A DNA stretch of 57,495 bases, from IMG/VR virus record IMGVR_UViG_3300025617_000900; one strand, 5' to 3'. This document shows positions 8,963-22,500 of the stretch, one piece after another. Both the position numbers and the translations under genes were made by a program. This DNA is from an uncultured virus (IMG/VR IMGVR_UViG_3300025617_000900) (Duplodnaviria; Heunggongvirae; Uroviricota; Caudoviricetes). The first letter of the stretch is position 1. The number at the start of each line of letters is the position of its first letter. The notes below the pieces were generated by a model. That model was not told the DNA's origin. It saw only the letters and a list, made by a program, of their open reading frames with translations, and made no database searches.

Positions 8963-10873
8963 TTACGAATACACCAGAGTTGACTGGTGTTCCCAAGCAG
9001 TGCCGCTAGATTTGTATGTCATCATTGTTCTAGCAGGAGTTAGAATAACATTACCGCTTGCGCCTTCTGCGTCAAACACCACATCCTGAACAACTGATTC
9101 GTTTTGTGTGCCGTTGCTGTCGACATCAATATAACTTATGACTTTTGCACTCTCAACATCAACACCTTCAACAGTTGCTCCAGCATATGAAGTTGTATGT
9201 ATCCTAGCAATTTTATTTGTATTAAGCGAAATAGCAGGATATAAATCATTTAAGTAAGAAGATACAGTTGATTCTAATACTGCGCCAGTACCTAAACCAG
9301 TAATATCCATACTAAATGCAATTGCTTCAGTTACAATTTCTTCATCTACGTATTCTTTTGTAGTTACAGTATTACTTACTGATTCGTCTACGGCAAGCTC
9401 TGCTGCTTTTCTAGAACTTATTGCTTTAGCAACCCCAGTAATGCTTTGATTATCTGTAATATTGATATCAGCGCCTGCTGTAATTGCAATGCCGTTTGTT
9501 GAAGTGATAGCCATATCATTCGTAGAGCTAATTATTTTGCCGTTGATGTTAATTTCGTCAACTTGCAATACAGTTAACGTGCCAATTTGATCTAGATCTA
9601 ACGCTTTAGTAACATTAACTAACGTATCATTTGTTAGTTTGTCAACTCCGCCAATTTTGTAAGTAGAAGTACTATTCAATAAATCAAAGTTTACATTTGA
9701 AGTAAACGAGTTAGTAGCAACTTTCCAAAGTATATCCTTACTGCCATTACTACTATTAACTTGTATACCCGAACTGTCGGCTTGTGCATCAGTAAGTTCT
9801 GTACTATCATTTAGCACACCAATTTCGATAATTTTATCTTCAACTCTCAGTGTTTGCACATCTAATGCAACTCTGTCGCCTTCGACAATTAAGTCGCCTG
9901 TTACTCTTAAGTCGCCTTCTACATCAAGTGTGTATTCCGGTAGCCTGTCAGTTGTAAATATACCTACTCGTGCAGTGCTTGCATCAATATAAATTGCATC
10001 TACTGAAATTGCGCCGAACTCAGTAGACTTAACACGCAGACTTAAATCGTGATCAGTAAGCTGGTTTTCAATATAAAAGCGAGGTCCAACAACTTTCTGT
10101 ACGTTGTTTTGTGACAATCCAATTGTTAAACCACCTGAGTTTTGAATTGTTAGTGTACCTGTTGTAATACCGTTTGCTGTAGATGGAAGGAAACTATCAG
10201 CTGTTCTAACTATACCGCCTGCTGTTACAAGTGCGTTTGCAGAATCTGCAATTCCTCTATATTTAAAATTATCAGTGTCAATAATATTATACCCAGATTT
10301 GATAATTCCATTTGGATTTGCATCTGTGACTAGACCTAAAATACGCTGTGCATATTGAGGTGTAAATTCAATATTACTAATAACTGCTGATAGTGTGCCG
10401 GCTACATATAGGTATACCACTGTTCTCGAACGGCTCTGGGAGTCAAGAATACTACCAACTTCAAATCCGCTCTTTCCTTGAGACTCTGTATACTGTGGAC
10501 CCATTAACATTAAGTCCGTGCCGTCAAATGCATACACCTGATTGTTTAGGTTGTCAATCCACAAGTCGCCTGCAACCATTTGTGGACGAGTATTTTGTAC
10601 AATTGGTCCGCCACTGGACTTCCATACAGTGCCGTCATAAACTTTCAAACGCTGTTCATTGCTATCCCACCAAAGCTGTCCAGTGATCGGATTGCTAGGT
10701 GCAGCAGTATTTGAGAAATTTTCTAATAGCTTAATAAAGTTTTCGTTAAAATATTCGCCGTAACCTGAATAATTTCTACCAACTAATACTAAATTAGTAC
10801 TAGTAGTATCTATTTGTCCATCAATTAGGTCTGTTAGCAGTGTGCCGTCTGTCTTATTTAATTGATAGCTCAT
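8963..10873 (-). CDS. Tail fibre protein
   Basis: 636 aa; same N-terminal domain as both neighbours (GRNYSGYGEYFNENFIKLLENF..GQLWWD) followed by beta-rich shaft repeats. Confidence 0.7.
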   Translation of the reverse strand: MSYQLNKTDGTLLTDLIDGQIDTTSTNLVLVGRNYSGYGEYFNENFIKLLENFSNTAAPSNPITGQLWWDSNEQRLKVYDGTVWKSSGGPIVQNTRPQMVAGDLWIDNLNNQVYAFDGTDLMLMGPQYTESQGKSGFEVGSILDSQSRSRTVVYLYVAGTLSAVISNIEFTPQYAQRILGLVTDANPNGIIKSGYNIIDTDNFKYRGIADSANALVTAGGIVRTADSFLPSTANGITTGTLTIQNSGGLTIGLSQNNVQKVVGPRFYIENQLTDHDLSLRVKSTEFGAISVDAIYIDASTARVGIFTTDRLPEYTLDVEGDLRVTGDLIVEGDRVALDVQTLRVEDKIIEIGVLNDSTELTDAQADSSGIQVNSSNGSKDILWKVATNSFTSNVNFDLLNSTSTYKIGGVDKLTNDTLVNVTKALDLDQIGTLTVLQVDEININGKIISSTNDMAITSTNGIAITAGADINITDNQSITGVAKAISSRKAAELAVDESVSNTVTTKEYVDEEIVTEAIAFSMDITGLGTGAVLESTVSSYLNDLYPAISLNTNKIARIHTTSYAGATVEGVDVESAKVISYIDVDSNGTQNESVVQDVVFDAEGASGNVILTPARTMMTYKSSGTAWEHQSTLVYS

Positions 10874-10874
10874 T

Positions 10875-12950
10875 TTATTCTCCGGTATATATAATGTAAT
10901 TGACTGCTAAGAAGGGATTCATTACATCGATCGGAGTGCCTAACGTAGTGTCTGTTTTTATTCCGCCGCTGCTTGCAATACCTTGTGTACCGCCCAACCC
11001 TGGTTCTATCGGCAGAGATATTGCATTATCGTCAACAGGTTCGCCTGCTCCTACTCTAACTCCGTAAAACTGTGTTCCGCTAGCACCTTCTAAATCGTGT
11101 TCGTGTTCTGGTAAATTATCTGTTGTAATTGTTTTTGTTTCTGTTCCAGCATTTCCGCCAATAGCATCAGCAGCAATGTCTGTAACACGGTTAGCAGCTG
11201 GGCCGCCCATATTGTCAAGACCTAATGCAAATCTACCTCTAAAGTCAGGCAACGTAAATTTAGCAACACCATTATCGCTTACTAAACTAGCATCTTTAAA
11301 GTTGTGTCCTATTGCTATCCATAATTCATTATAATCTGATTTATTAACTTCTTGGCCATCACAGAGCAACCATCCGTCTGGCGCTTCTTCTCCGCCGAAC
11401 GGCATCATCGCACCGGCTGGTACAAGCGGAATTGTTTTTAAGAAGTTGCGTTTGGTAATTCTATAAACACCAGTTGTTCCAGTAGTTACGTTTAATAACA
11501 ATTCGTCTGCATTTCCTGCATCGTAAGTAACATCTTTATTACTAATAAAACTATTTGCAATACTTACTGCGAAGGTTTTTGTACTACCACCAGTTTGTCC
11601 ATCAAATTCAAAGCTGTTTGGTTCTACGTCACCACTTAGTGCAAATGTAGTAGCACTAGCTAGTCTATCTGCACTACCTGCTCGTCCACTAACTGTGCCA
11701 CTTACGTTGCCTTGAATGTTTCCGAAGAATGTAGTAGCATGTATTTGTTCGTATTTGTTAATTGCTGTACCAATACTCCTTGATGCATTTTGATCTGGAG
11801 CAATATTACCTGTTTGTAATGTGCCTGCCGCAAGGTCACCGTTACCCTTCATCAGAATGTCGCCGCCTACAACTAAGTTTTGACTGATGCCTACTCCGCC
11901 CGATGTTACTAGACTACCATCACTAATAGCTGTAGTGTTTTCAGTGCTAGTAAGAGTTAATACTCCTGTTTCTGCTTCGCCAGTTTTGGGAGATATTTTA
12001 ATATTACCTTTAACATCTATTGCTTCTTCTGGAGCACTATTGTTGAAACCTACATTACCGTCGCCTGTAATACTCATAACAGTTGGTGTTAGGTTTCCGT
12101 TTCTCATTCTAATATCAATACTCGAACCACTAGTGTTGTGCTGAATAACACCAGTCTCGCCATCGATACCTAAACTTAATTGTCCGCCTGTGCCAACTTT
12201 AATACCATCATTACTTTTAACACTTAGTTGGTAATCTGTACTACTTGCTGCATTTCCTCTTAAAAAATTACTAGCTGCAATAGTTGTACTACCAACAACC
12301 AATGCTTCGGCTTTTTCAGCAGTTCCGTAATATTTTAACGGCTGTAAGTTTACAATAGCCTCGTCTGCAATATTCATGCCAGGATTTATGCCTGTTCTAA
12401 ATCCCTTGATTGCAATTTTAGGTATAAAACTTTGACTACTGATAATAATTACAGGCTGATCTTCAACCTTAATTGTTAATACGTTATAGGTTACGTCATC
12501 AATACCTACTAGTGCATCTGCTTGGGCTCCAGTTAAAAGTCCGTCACTAAAGTCTGGGCCTACTAGTACCCATGCGCTACCTGTAAACAAATATAGTTGT
12601 TGACTATCTGTATTAACCCACAAATCTCCAGCACTTGAATTTGCAACTGCTGGTGCAGAACTTGCTTTTTTAAGGCCGCCGCTTGCAACCCAATTAGTTC
12701 CGTCATAAACTTTAAGTTGATCCACTCCGTCTGTCGAATCATACCAAAGCTGCCCTTCTACAGGACGTTCAGGAGCTGTAGTATTTGCAAAGTTTTCTAA
12801 TAAATGTAAGAAATTTTCGTTTACTGCTTGACCGTATGCTGTTGTGCCACGACCTGGAAATTTTAATGTTGTTTCGTTATTAAGCGTGTTATCTTGGACA
12901 TTGATTGTACCTTTATTAACAGTGTCAGTGTAACTTATTGTATATGGCAT
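10875..12950 (-). CDS. Tail fibre protein with phage tail collar domain (short-fibre gp12-like C-terminus)
   Basis: Collar motif VPAGAMMPFGG..APDGWLLCDG..FTLPDFRGRF, a HEH metal motif and terminal NPFLAVNYII. Confidence 0.8.
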   Translation of the reverse strand: MPYTISYTDTVNKGTINVQDNTLNNETTLKFPGRGTTAYGQAVNENFLHLLENFANTTAPERPVEGQLWYDSTDGVDQLKVYDGTNWVASGGLKKASSAPAVANSSAGDLWVNTDSQQLYLFTGSAWVLVGPDFSDGLLTGAQADALVGIDDVTYNVLTIKVEDQPVIIISSQSFIPKIAIKGFRTGINPGMNIADEAIVNLQPLKYYGTAEKAEALVVGSTTIAASNFLRGNAASSTDYQLSVKSNDGIKVGTGGQLSLGIDGETGVIQHNTSGSSIDIRMRNGNLTPTVMSITGDGNVGFNNSAPEEAIDVKGNIKISPKTGEAETGVLTLTSTENTTAISDGSLVTSGGVGISQNLVVGGDILMKGNGDLAAGTLQTGNIAPDQNASRSIGTAINKYEQIHATTFFGNIQGNVSGTVSGRAGSADRLASATTFALSGDVEPNSFEFDGQTGGSTKTFAVSIANSFISNKDVTYDAGNADELLLNVTTGTTGVYRITKRNFLKTIPLVPAGAMMPFGGEEAPDGWLLCDGQEVNKSDYNELWIAIGHNFKDASLVSDNGVAKFTLPDFRGRFALGLDNMGGPAANRVTDIAADAIGGNAGTETKTITTDNLPEHEHDLEGASGTQFYGVRVGAGEPVDDNAISLPIEPGLGGTQGIASSGGIKTDTTLGTPIDVMNPFLAVNYIIYTGE

Positions 12951-12960
12951 AATTTACTCC

Positions 12961-13563
12961 TTAACCTGCTAAACTTTGTACACGCACTGTGTAATCAATC
13001 TGAATTAATCTGTTGAGTGACTTTTGTACTGGATGGAAAATAACATGAGTAATTAATCTGCCTGTACCGCTTGTACTATAACTGCGCAATCCTAATTCGT
13101 CAAATACATACGGACTGTCGGTTGCACTTGCAGTATCAAATGCATCTTGTCCATTTGGCTCTCCGTAATCTAACAAACAACTTACAACAATATCAGTATA
13201 GTTAGTACCACTTACATGACGTGTTTCTAATTTATTACGTGCAGGATCAGTATTATTCACACTTCTATCATCAACAACTTTGGTATAGGTTTGGTTGTAT
13301 AGACTTGCATTTGTGCCTGTGCTGTTAGGTGTTAGGTATGTAATAATACCTGTTGGGTCAACACTTGTGCCGCCGTTGCCAAAACTCATTTCATATATAA
13401 ATCCTTGCCCAGCATTACTTAAACTCTCTGCAAGTGCAAGACTCATATTTTCATAATGAATTGCATTGCGCTTGTCAATATATACTTTTTGTGACTCGGG
13501 ATCGAATATTTTGATATGTCCCTGAACCAATACTCCATTTGTGTCTTGCATGTTATCGCTCAT
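12961..13563 (-). CDS. Baseplate/tail-fibre attachment structural protein
   Basis: 200 aa; VFDELGL..LITHVIFHPVQKS..IDYTVR motif typical of fibre/baseplate connector domains; position between baseplate and fibre genes. Confidence 0.55.
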   Translation of the reverse strand: MSDNMQDTNGVLVQGHIKIFDPESQKVYIDKRNAIHYENMSLALAESLSNAGQGFIYEMSFGNGGTSVDPTGIITYLTPNSTGTNASLYNQTYTKVVDDRSVNNTDPARNKLETRHVSGTNYTDIVVSCLLDYGEPNGQDAFDTASATDSPYVFDELGLRSYSTSGTGRLITHVIFHPVQKSLNRLIQIDYTVRVQSLAG

Positions 13564-13582
13564 TTAATTTTTTCCTATACTG

Positions 13583-13589
13583 TATTTAT
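13583..13589 (-). promoter_or_regulatory. Putative late promoter (A)TAAATA overlapping the stop codon of the giant ORF
   Basis: ATAAATACAGT on the minus strand upstream of the ATG at 13563. Confidence 0.55.
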
Positions 13590-16500
13590 TCAGGCAGCGC
13601 ACTTGTTCCTGCACGTAAGAACCTTGCAATTGAATTTTCTGAATCACTTAATGATACGCCGTCATCTGTCCAGGCTCGGCCAACTTTTTTAACAACTGTT
13701 ACTCTTGTATCTTGTGCAGGAGCAGTAGCTAGAGTAATTTCGTTTGTATCTGCATCAAACGTAAAGTCTGCTACTATTGTTGTATCGCCTTCTGGACTAT
13801 CTAGTGCTGCGGTGTAATCAAAGACATCTAATGGTGTCTTACGCATACGTGTTCCTGCAACAAACACTTCAATTTCGTTAATTGACGATACTGGGTAACT
13901 AACTTCAAAAGTAGTTGTTAGTCCGTCTGCTGTAGTGTTAGATACCAATGTTTGATCTTTATATGGAACAGTTTTGCCTATATTTTGGTCAAACACATCG
14001 GTATTTACATCATATGTATCTTTGACTCCTGTCCCCAATGTTCCTCTACGAAGTTGACGTAATGTATTTTCTTCTTTAACAAAATATTCAATACGCTCAC
14101 CTTCGATAAAGATTACGCCTGGCAAATTTCGACTTTTATTTGGTTCTGATAAATTAAATGCATTATCTAACTCAATTCTTAAATCATAATAATTTAGTGC
14201 CTGTGCTAGTTTAGCAGTTGATTTTTCTAAACGTTTGAAATGTGTTCTATTAAGCATATCTTTAAACTGTCGGTAAGCAAACTTAGGCTTGCTTGCTGCA
14301 GATGTAAAGTGAATAACGTCTATAACAGCATCTGCATCCGGACGCCTAACTAATTGTAATTTTAATTTATCGTCTGTAATATAATAATCAACGCTAGGCG
14401 ATAATAGTTCACCATTTACAGCAACCCAGACATACTGTGCATCAATTGCAGGCGATCTTAGTGTAATTTCTCCAACTGTCAGTCTATTATAAGTGATGTA
14501 ATCTACATCTTCTGGAATCAACGTAGTTCTCGATACAACATCATAATTAATACGTTCAATTCCTAATAAATTATGATTAGTAAATTGAATTATTTCAATC
14601 GTTGAATTGTCAGCAGGAACATCGTCTAATGTAATAGTAGATCCATTTATTCTATAATCTCCATCAGTAATTACATACATTTCTAGTGTATCTCCTGGTG
14701 AGCCAATATCATCAGAAAGTGTAATATTACTATTTGCAATTTCAAAACGCCAGTCTAATGGTGTTGATAGTTCTGATCCGTTTAAAAATACCTTAACATC
14801 TTGAACATCTAAACTACCCTGTGGCATTTGGAATATCTCAAACGGGTATTCACGCTGACTATTTTGAGGTATTGTATATTTGACATTGTATCCTGCATTT
14901 AAAATTAAGTTATCAACTTTAACCAGAACGTTGTGTTCTGATGGAATTGCGTAAAGAGGAGCATTTGATAAGTTGAACTCATTGGTTACACCGTCACCTG
15001 TAAAGGTGTCTTTGGTAATTTGACTATAATTAACTTGCTCATCTGCTGAGAATACTGTGTAATTAATTACAGCACCGTCGGCAACAACTTCTTCAAATCT
15101 GATAACAGTTTTAGGTGTTGTTTCTGATGCAAATGCTGCAACTGTTTGTTGTACACCGTTAATACTTGCATACACACTTGCTCCATCTTCCCAGTCGACT
15201 GTTGTCTCAAATTCAGTAGTCGATCCGTCGCCTAGTAATTTTCCAAAGTCTAACAAATTTTGTGTGCCTTGAGATACTGTTACAATATTCAGTTCTGCTC
15301 CGACTGTTGCACTATCAAGTGTTACAGTGTTTGCACTCCAATCAATAGTATAATCAGTCTGCGGAAGTATAACATCTGCAACTTTTACAATCACTGCATT
15401 GCTGCTATTCGGAATAACACCTAAATCATAAGTTAGTGTGCTATCCATAATGTAGCTCTGACTGTTGATAACGCCTTGACCTTCACTGTCTCTTGTGTAA
15501 ACTTTAATATCTAGTGTGTCAAGAATTTGTCCTGGAACAACTTCTTCAGGACCGCTGCTTGTAGTAGGTGTAACAAATCCATCACCATCTACAATAATTT
15601 CTTCTGCTGCAATACCACGTGCTGATGTATAAGCTAAGTCGCCGCCTGTAAGTGCTGTATCGTAACTTTCTAGATCAGGTATAACACTGCCGTCGCTGGT
15701 TGTTTTTCTTACTACAAAAACATCGCCGTCTAACAAGCTTATGCCAAGATCCTGTACATATACAACGTCAGTAGTGCCGTCGCCTGTAATACTGTTTGTG
15801 ATAGCATATACGTTTGTTGGTGTTCCTTCATCATAATTTGGATCGTCAATTCTTACACCGTTCTTGTAAAGGTTATAAACAACGCCATCTTCTAAAGGTT
15901 CGCTAAGTTGTACTGCAATTGTCGATCCGTCTGCTGTAAACACTTCGTCTTCAAAAGTGTCATCAAACTCGTCCCAATTATCAGTGTACCAAGGCTGACT
16001 GTCAAACCCGCTTGGGCTCGAAAAATCAAAGCTACGCACTTCAACGCCACCGTAATCAACACCAGACATCAGTTGTGCTAAGTCATTGCCGTACATTCCT
16101 GCAATCGGAGTGTACGCAAATTTAATTCTGTCTTCTGCACTTAGCATACTCAACGGAATAACATATTCGATACGAATTACTGAATTTAATTTTGGAGGAG
16201 TTGTAAATAGTACTTTACCCTGTTCTCTAGCATAAGATTTATCAGTATTTTCAATATTTTCGTATGTATATTTGCTACGTAGTTGTAAAATATTATCCAC
16301 ATATACCTTAATTTTCGTGTTACTAAGATCCATTGGCCATTCGAGGAAGAATCTATTTTCGAATCCAGTACCTGTGAATGTTTCTGTTTTAGCAAGAGTG
16401 TCAAATGTAAATGTTCCACTTGTTCTATCGAATTTAATTTTAACAAGAGGACTTCTTACCAATCCATTACCTAACACTGCTGTTGCTCTTGCAGGTGTTC

Positions 16501-19500
16501 CAGTTTCTAACTGTGAGCCAGAAATTACAACAGTTGGTGCAGTAGTATATCCGGTTCCTGGATTGGTTATTTTGATACTAGTTATAGATCCATAACCTAA
16601 ATACGCTTTAGCAGTTGCTCCGGTGCCGCCTCCGCCTACTAATGTAATAATCGGTTCAAATGTAAATCCTGAGCCACCGTCTCCGATTTTGATTTCTGTT
16701 ATTTGATAGCCGATATTGTCTTTCCAATGTTTGCGAGGGTACGTTGTAGTATCTAAATTTTCATCAACTATTTCACCGTTAACTATTTTTGCGTTACTAG
16801 CTTCGATTGTTTTAGAAGTTTTATTGTATACTGGAGAAAGATCAAAGTCACTAATACTGCTATTTGTAGGATCAATAGCATTATATTCGCTAACAAACTC
16901 TCTAATCTTTGTCGAATACGGTTTAAATTCTTCTACAAAATCTTGATAGCTTTGTAAATTATCATTATTAAATGTTATGTCTTGCTTACTCAACGATTCT
17001 CTGTTATGTGTTGCTTTTACAAAACTAGTTTTAAACATCCAATCTACAGATTGCTGCTCTGCCATTACATAACGTAATGCAGCTATAAATAATTGATTAT
17101 ACTCTGTTTCTAAATCTCCAACAAAAATATTATCTCTAATAGTTTCAAGTATGATTCTTATTTCTATACTAGGAGTATTATCATAAAAATTACTATCAAA
17201 ACTTCTGTTGTCAAAACCTACAGTGTTTTTACCATAGTCATACAAGGTATCATTAAATTGTATTGTACCGTTTTGTCTGCCAATAACATCGTAGTTAATT
17301 GTATAATCTTCACTATCTTGATCATCTATTTTTTGCAACAATAGCCAGCCGCCGCTACCTACTGTTTCAATTTTGACAATATCGCCAATATTATTTTGTA
17401 GACTAGGCAGTTCATAAGACCCTTGAATTATATCATTAATATTAGTAAATTGATTATATCCGTCTGCAAACCAATCTGTATATCTCCAATAAGATTCTAC
17501 ATTATAACTTTGTAATTTTCTTCTATACCATTCCTTACCGTCCCACGAGTACAACGCCCACTTGTCTTGTATAGTTTCATCTGCATTTACTAATACTGTA
17601 AATGGGCGAACAGTTATTGTAGTATTACTATTATAACCTTCTCCTGTATTAGTAAGTTGCACATCGATTATTTGTCCTAAATTATTAATTTCAATATCGA
17701 AATCAACGTTTGAACCAGTGCCATTAACTTTGAAACTAGGAGCAACTTTGTAGCCTCTGCCAGGATCTGTGATATTAATTCTAGAAATACGACCATTAAT
17801 TACTACAGGTGTTAGTATTGCAGGAACAATTTTATTTGTACTTACAAATGCAAGTTCTGAGAATGTATCAATTGTTAAGTCGTACTCTCTAGAAATTTCT
17901 GTAGGCGCTGCATCTAGCTGTGTTAGTGCAGATATGTCGTATTCGTCAACTACTAAAGTTTCTAACAATTTTAGGTTTATTCTTTCAATTGTCTGCTTTA
18001 GTGCTTCAAAGCGGTTAACAAACATGCTCTGTCTTGGACGATTTTGTACGCCGTAACGATTTTTAACAGTAATAGTAGGATCTGGTACAATTCTGTTGTT
18101 GTCGTCAAAACCAATTAAACTATCAAACCATTTGCGCTCGATATCAGGATCAGGTTTGCTTGTCTTTAATCCATCTGATATTAATTTGTATTGACTATGA
18201 ACATTTTGAGTTTTCTTTGGACCCGTTGAATATTTAATGTTTAGTACTAAGTCGTCGTTGTCGACAAATGTATCAAAATTGTTAAGCACAAACTTATTGT
18301 TAGAAAGTAGACTCAAGAATGGATATCCTTGAGTTCTTGGATTTTCTATAAGAGCAGCAATATCTCTAATGCTTAACCTTCTGTTTTCCATTACAGGAAC
18401 AGTAACTTTGTTAACTACCCAGAAGTAATATTTGTTGCTAAATGTTTTGCTTACTTCATCGTATATAATTTTGGTAGAATATCTAGTATCGCCAAACAAA
18501 CTTGTTCCGCTAATTTTAGATACAATTCCACTAGGTGTATCTGCAATACTATCCCAGATACTAGGAATATAATTACTTTCAACCCATTCATAAACGTCAA
18601 TTCTTGATCCAGGCACTAGCTTATTCCAATTATTTTTTTGGAATGTTGTAGATCCTTGATACGCATGTGTAAATTTAGCAGTTCCAATATTCCACCAAAC
18701 TTGTCCTGTATGTTTATCTGTCCAAGCTCTGTTTGGATCAACTGAACTGTCCGATGTATTTCCTGTATTATATACTGCTGGATCGAAAGAAGTTTTAAAT
18801 GTAATTTCTTGATCTGCTGGGCCTGCTATTTTTCCTTGTACTGGATCAATATAATCAATATAACTTACAAGTTTATTCTCACGCTTGTTATATAAAAATG
18901 CTCCTCTAATGTTATCTACATCTACTGGAGTTATTCCTTCACTTATAACGTTCCATGCAAATGTATTTGCATTTTTTCTAAAGTCGAGTAATGTTCCTTT
19001 ATTTTCGTTGCTTACTTGGTCTGGCATTCCGATGTAAACGTGGTTGCCGTTAGCATAAACGTTTTCGCCGAATGTTGTTTGTGTTAGTGGGTATACAAAC
19101 TGCTCTGAGTATATTAAGTTTTCGTTAACAGTTTCGTAAACGTAAACAACACCTTTGTCTAGTTTAATGTTTCTAAAGTTTGTAAATTCGTTATCAAACG
19201 TAGTTGCGGTTTCTTCAGTGTCAGCATATACTGCAACGTCAAACGTAGTTGGAATTGTTTGATCGCCGTTTAAACTCGACACTACCAAGTTGTCTGCGCC
19301 AAAATCTAATCCAAATCCAAAGCCTTCGCTTTCTTCGTTGTTAGGCGGTGTTAGTGTTTGTGTCAGTACAAATACACCGTCCGTTTGTGTGTAGACATAT
19401 ACAACACCTTGATTAATTTTATTAGTATCTACTAACATTGAACTAATTGCAATCTGTGTTCCCGCAGGATTTATTGCAACTTTGTCTGCCCAGCCTGTGA

Positions 19501-22500
19501 CATTATCAGGAGCAGATATTATTTGGTCTATTTGGAACTGATCACCAACTGCACGATAAATTGCTATTTTGGTGTCTGTTGTACTATCTGTTTGTACTTG
19601 CTTAGTAGTTACAACTAATACTTGCGAATCTTCGCTTATGCTAAAACTTTTACTAAACTCGATTAAATTGTCAATCGGATCAAAGACTTCTTCATTATAA
19701 AATCTAGTGGATGTTAAGTTTGGCAAGTAACCTAAATAATCAATATTTGTACTTATTGACTCCCATAAATCATTTGTATCGGAAGGCTCAGTGGCTCCTA
19801 TTGATATGTTTGTTAGTGCTTTCCAAAGTTTATTGTTTCTTGAAACAATACTACCCAATCTGTAAGAATATGTATTATCAAATTCACCACGATAATTAGA
19901 ATCTTTTCCGTGTTTCCAACTAATTTTATCCCAATAAATCGGATCTAGTATAACATTTTGTGCGTTGCTAGTTGCTTTGCGGCAAATATAGTAATCATCC
20001 CTATATATTACAATGTCGCCGATTTGATAAGAGGTTAATTTATATTCGCCTTTAAAGCTATCTGTAGACTTAGTACCATGACGGAAAATTTCGATTGCAC
20101 CAGGATGCGTTCTTCTAAGATTGTCCGGGCCTATATCAGCAATACTGTCACTGCCTACTAATAACGTGTAATAGTTTCCTGTTTGTGTAATAGAAACTTT
20201 GGAGCCAAAATATCTATTCGGAGCTCTGTATTCAGAAACAAATAGATTTTGGAATCTATAACTACCGTCAGGCAATTTTCTATAAATTGCAACAGCGCCT
20301 TCATTTGTTAGTGCAGGACTTGTTCCAAATTTATCAGCAGGAATGTGATAAATTTGTGTATAGTCTTTATTTAAACTATACGGAGGATTAGATAGTCTCT
20401 GTATTCCAGATTCTGTAGTTTCGTCAAAGAACCAGTATTCTTCATCAAGTATACTCGGATTATCAACTATATTAAAATCACTAGTGTTTTCAAATACTAG
20501 TAATTTTCCAACTATTTGATTTCCTAATATAATATTATTGTTTATATCTGATACTGTTCCAATTGTACGATCAACATCAGTTACGCCGCGCAGTGCAGTA
20601 TTTGCTGTTCTACGTATTTGATAGCGACCAATATTAGATTGTTCTAGCCATTCTCCTGTTAGCACTTTTAGGTAAACTCTAACACTGTTAAAATTACGTT
20701 TTAAAAACACTACTTCGGCACTACTTGTAGTAATTGTAGTTAATGCTAGGCCACCTTGACCGTCACGCGGTGTTTGCACATCTTCAATTACATCTCCAAC
20801 TTGTGGCTCAAATGCAAATCCTGAGAAATCAAATTCAGTTAAGTCGAAATCAATATAACCGTCCCAAATATCAACAATTGTTTGTTGCTTGTTTAAGATA
20901 TCATATGAAAATCCTGCAGATGCAACGTCGATAATTCTATTGTCAAGATTATATAGTCTAAATTCTGTTGTGTCGCCGATTGTCGAAGTATCACTAAATG
21001 TTTTTCCTACTCTAGCTACCCATTTATTACTAAGAATATTTCGTTCAACTCCATCCTGTCCGTCAAAACCAGACGGATCACCCCTGTATGATAGTTGTTC
21101 AATATAACTTGCACGATTTTTTTCAGTTACAAATGTTCCAATAGTACCAACGGTGTTTTGGATATTATAGTATGGATTTAATTCGCGTGATGATCCTTGT
21201 AGCTTAACATCTGCATATACTAGACCCCTGCCTGTATCATAATAGACACCGTTATTGGAGTAAGAAAAACTTGTATTAATAAACCAAAATCCGCCGACTG
21301 CATCTGTTGTACTATACGTATCTTCTTCTGTATAAAAGCCTACGAAATCCAGTTCATTAATGAACAATTCTCCTGTAACATCAAATACACCATTTGTATC
21401 TTTAACATAAATTACAGCACTGTCTCGACGAGTTCCAACATATGCAACTTCTGCACTTCCTGTGTCTGTTGTTACAATAGATCCTACTAGGGGTAAAGAT
21501 ATAAATGTTTCGACAAAGAATACGTGATCAATTTTTTCAACAATTACATGGTCTTGGGACAAATAATCTGCAAATACGTTTTGAGGCGTATCTAATAACC
21601 CATCAAAAGGAATATAGTTGTCTAATGTAGGATAAGTGTAACTACGTCTATTCCAAAAAAGATTAATTGTATCTCCAGCTGAAGTGCCAAGATACATATC
21701 TTTAGGAGCACGAACTAGCAAGTGGTTAACAGTGTTGTTTTCTAGCCCAGGATCGCCGGCAACTAGTAGATTTAACGTTGTACTATCTGCATCAGCAGAA
21801 CTTGCAATATTTACATAAGTGTCAAATGTACTAAAAGGCTGACTAGCAATTTCTGGTAGTACTTCTCTATTAACTTTCCATAAGCTCTCTCTATAACGTA
21901 CAATGTCGTTTTTAATATAAGTTGCGTCTGGCTGGAAGTCGAACGTACTTTCATTAGTTACTGCATCAGTTTTATATGCTAATCGAGTATTAACATCACT
22001 AGCTTGCGGAATTCCTACAACCAAGTATTCTCCGTCAGGTGATACAGCAATACTTTTTCCAAAGTCGCTATCATTTCGAGTGAATAAATCATCATTATCT
22101 ATAACAATTTCTTGATCTAACAATAAGTTTGACTGCTCACGTGTTCTTCTATAAACAGACACTTTGCCGTTAGCGTCGTTTGGTGCGGATACAAAAACAT
22201 TGTTATTGTTTTTTGTTATTGCAACACTATCACTAAACCCTTGATCTGTACTGTCGTACTCTGATGGATTTACTATTGCTTGCGAATTTAAATAAACTGA
22301 ATTATTTTCTAATACAGCCCATTCGGTTTTATACGTATCTACCCACAGTCTTTGTTTATTATATAAATCCTGATTTATTGCGTTGTTGATTTCTGATAAA
22401 TCATCAACTCGGATAGTTCTAAGTGTCGATGCCGTAAACTTTTCATCTTCAAAATTTGAGATGTCATTGTCTAATGGAACTCTTATACGGACTGTATTTA

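Noticed and set aside
5461..12950. Diversity-generating retroelement or invertible fibre cassette
   Set aside because: No reverse transcriptase, invertase or TR/VR-like nucleotide repeat pair was seen; the paralogy is at the protein level only.
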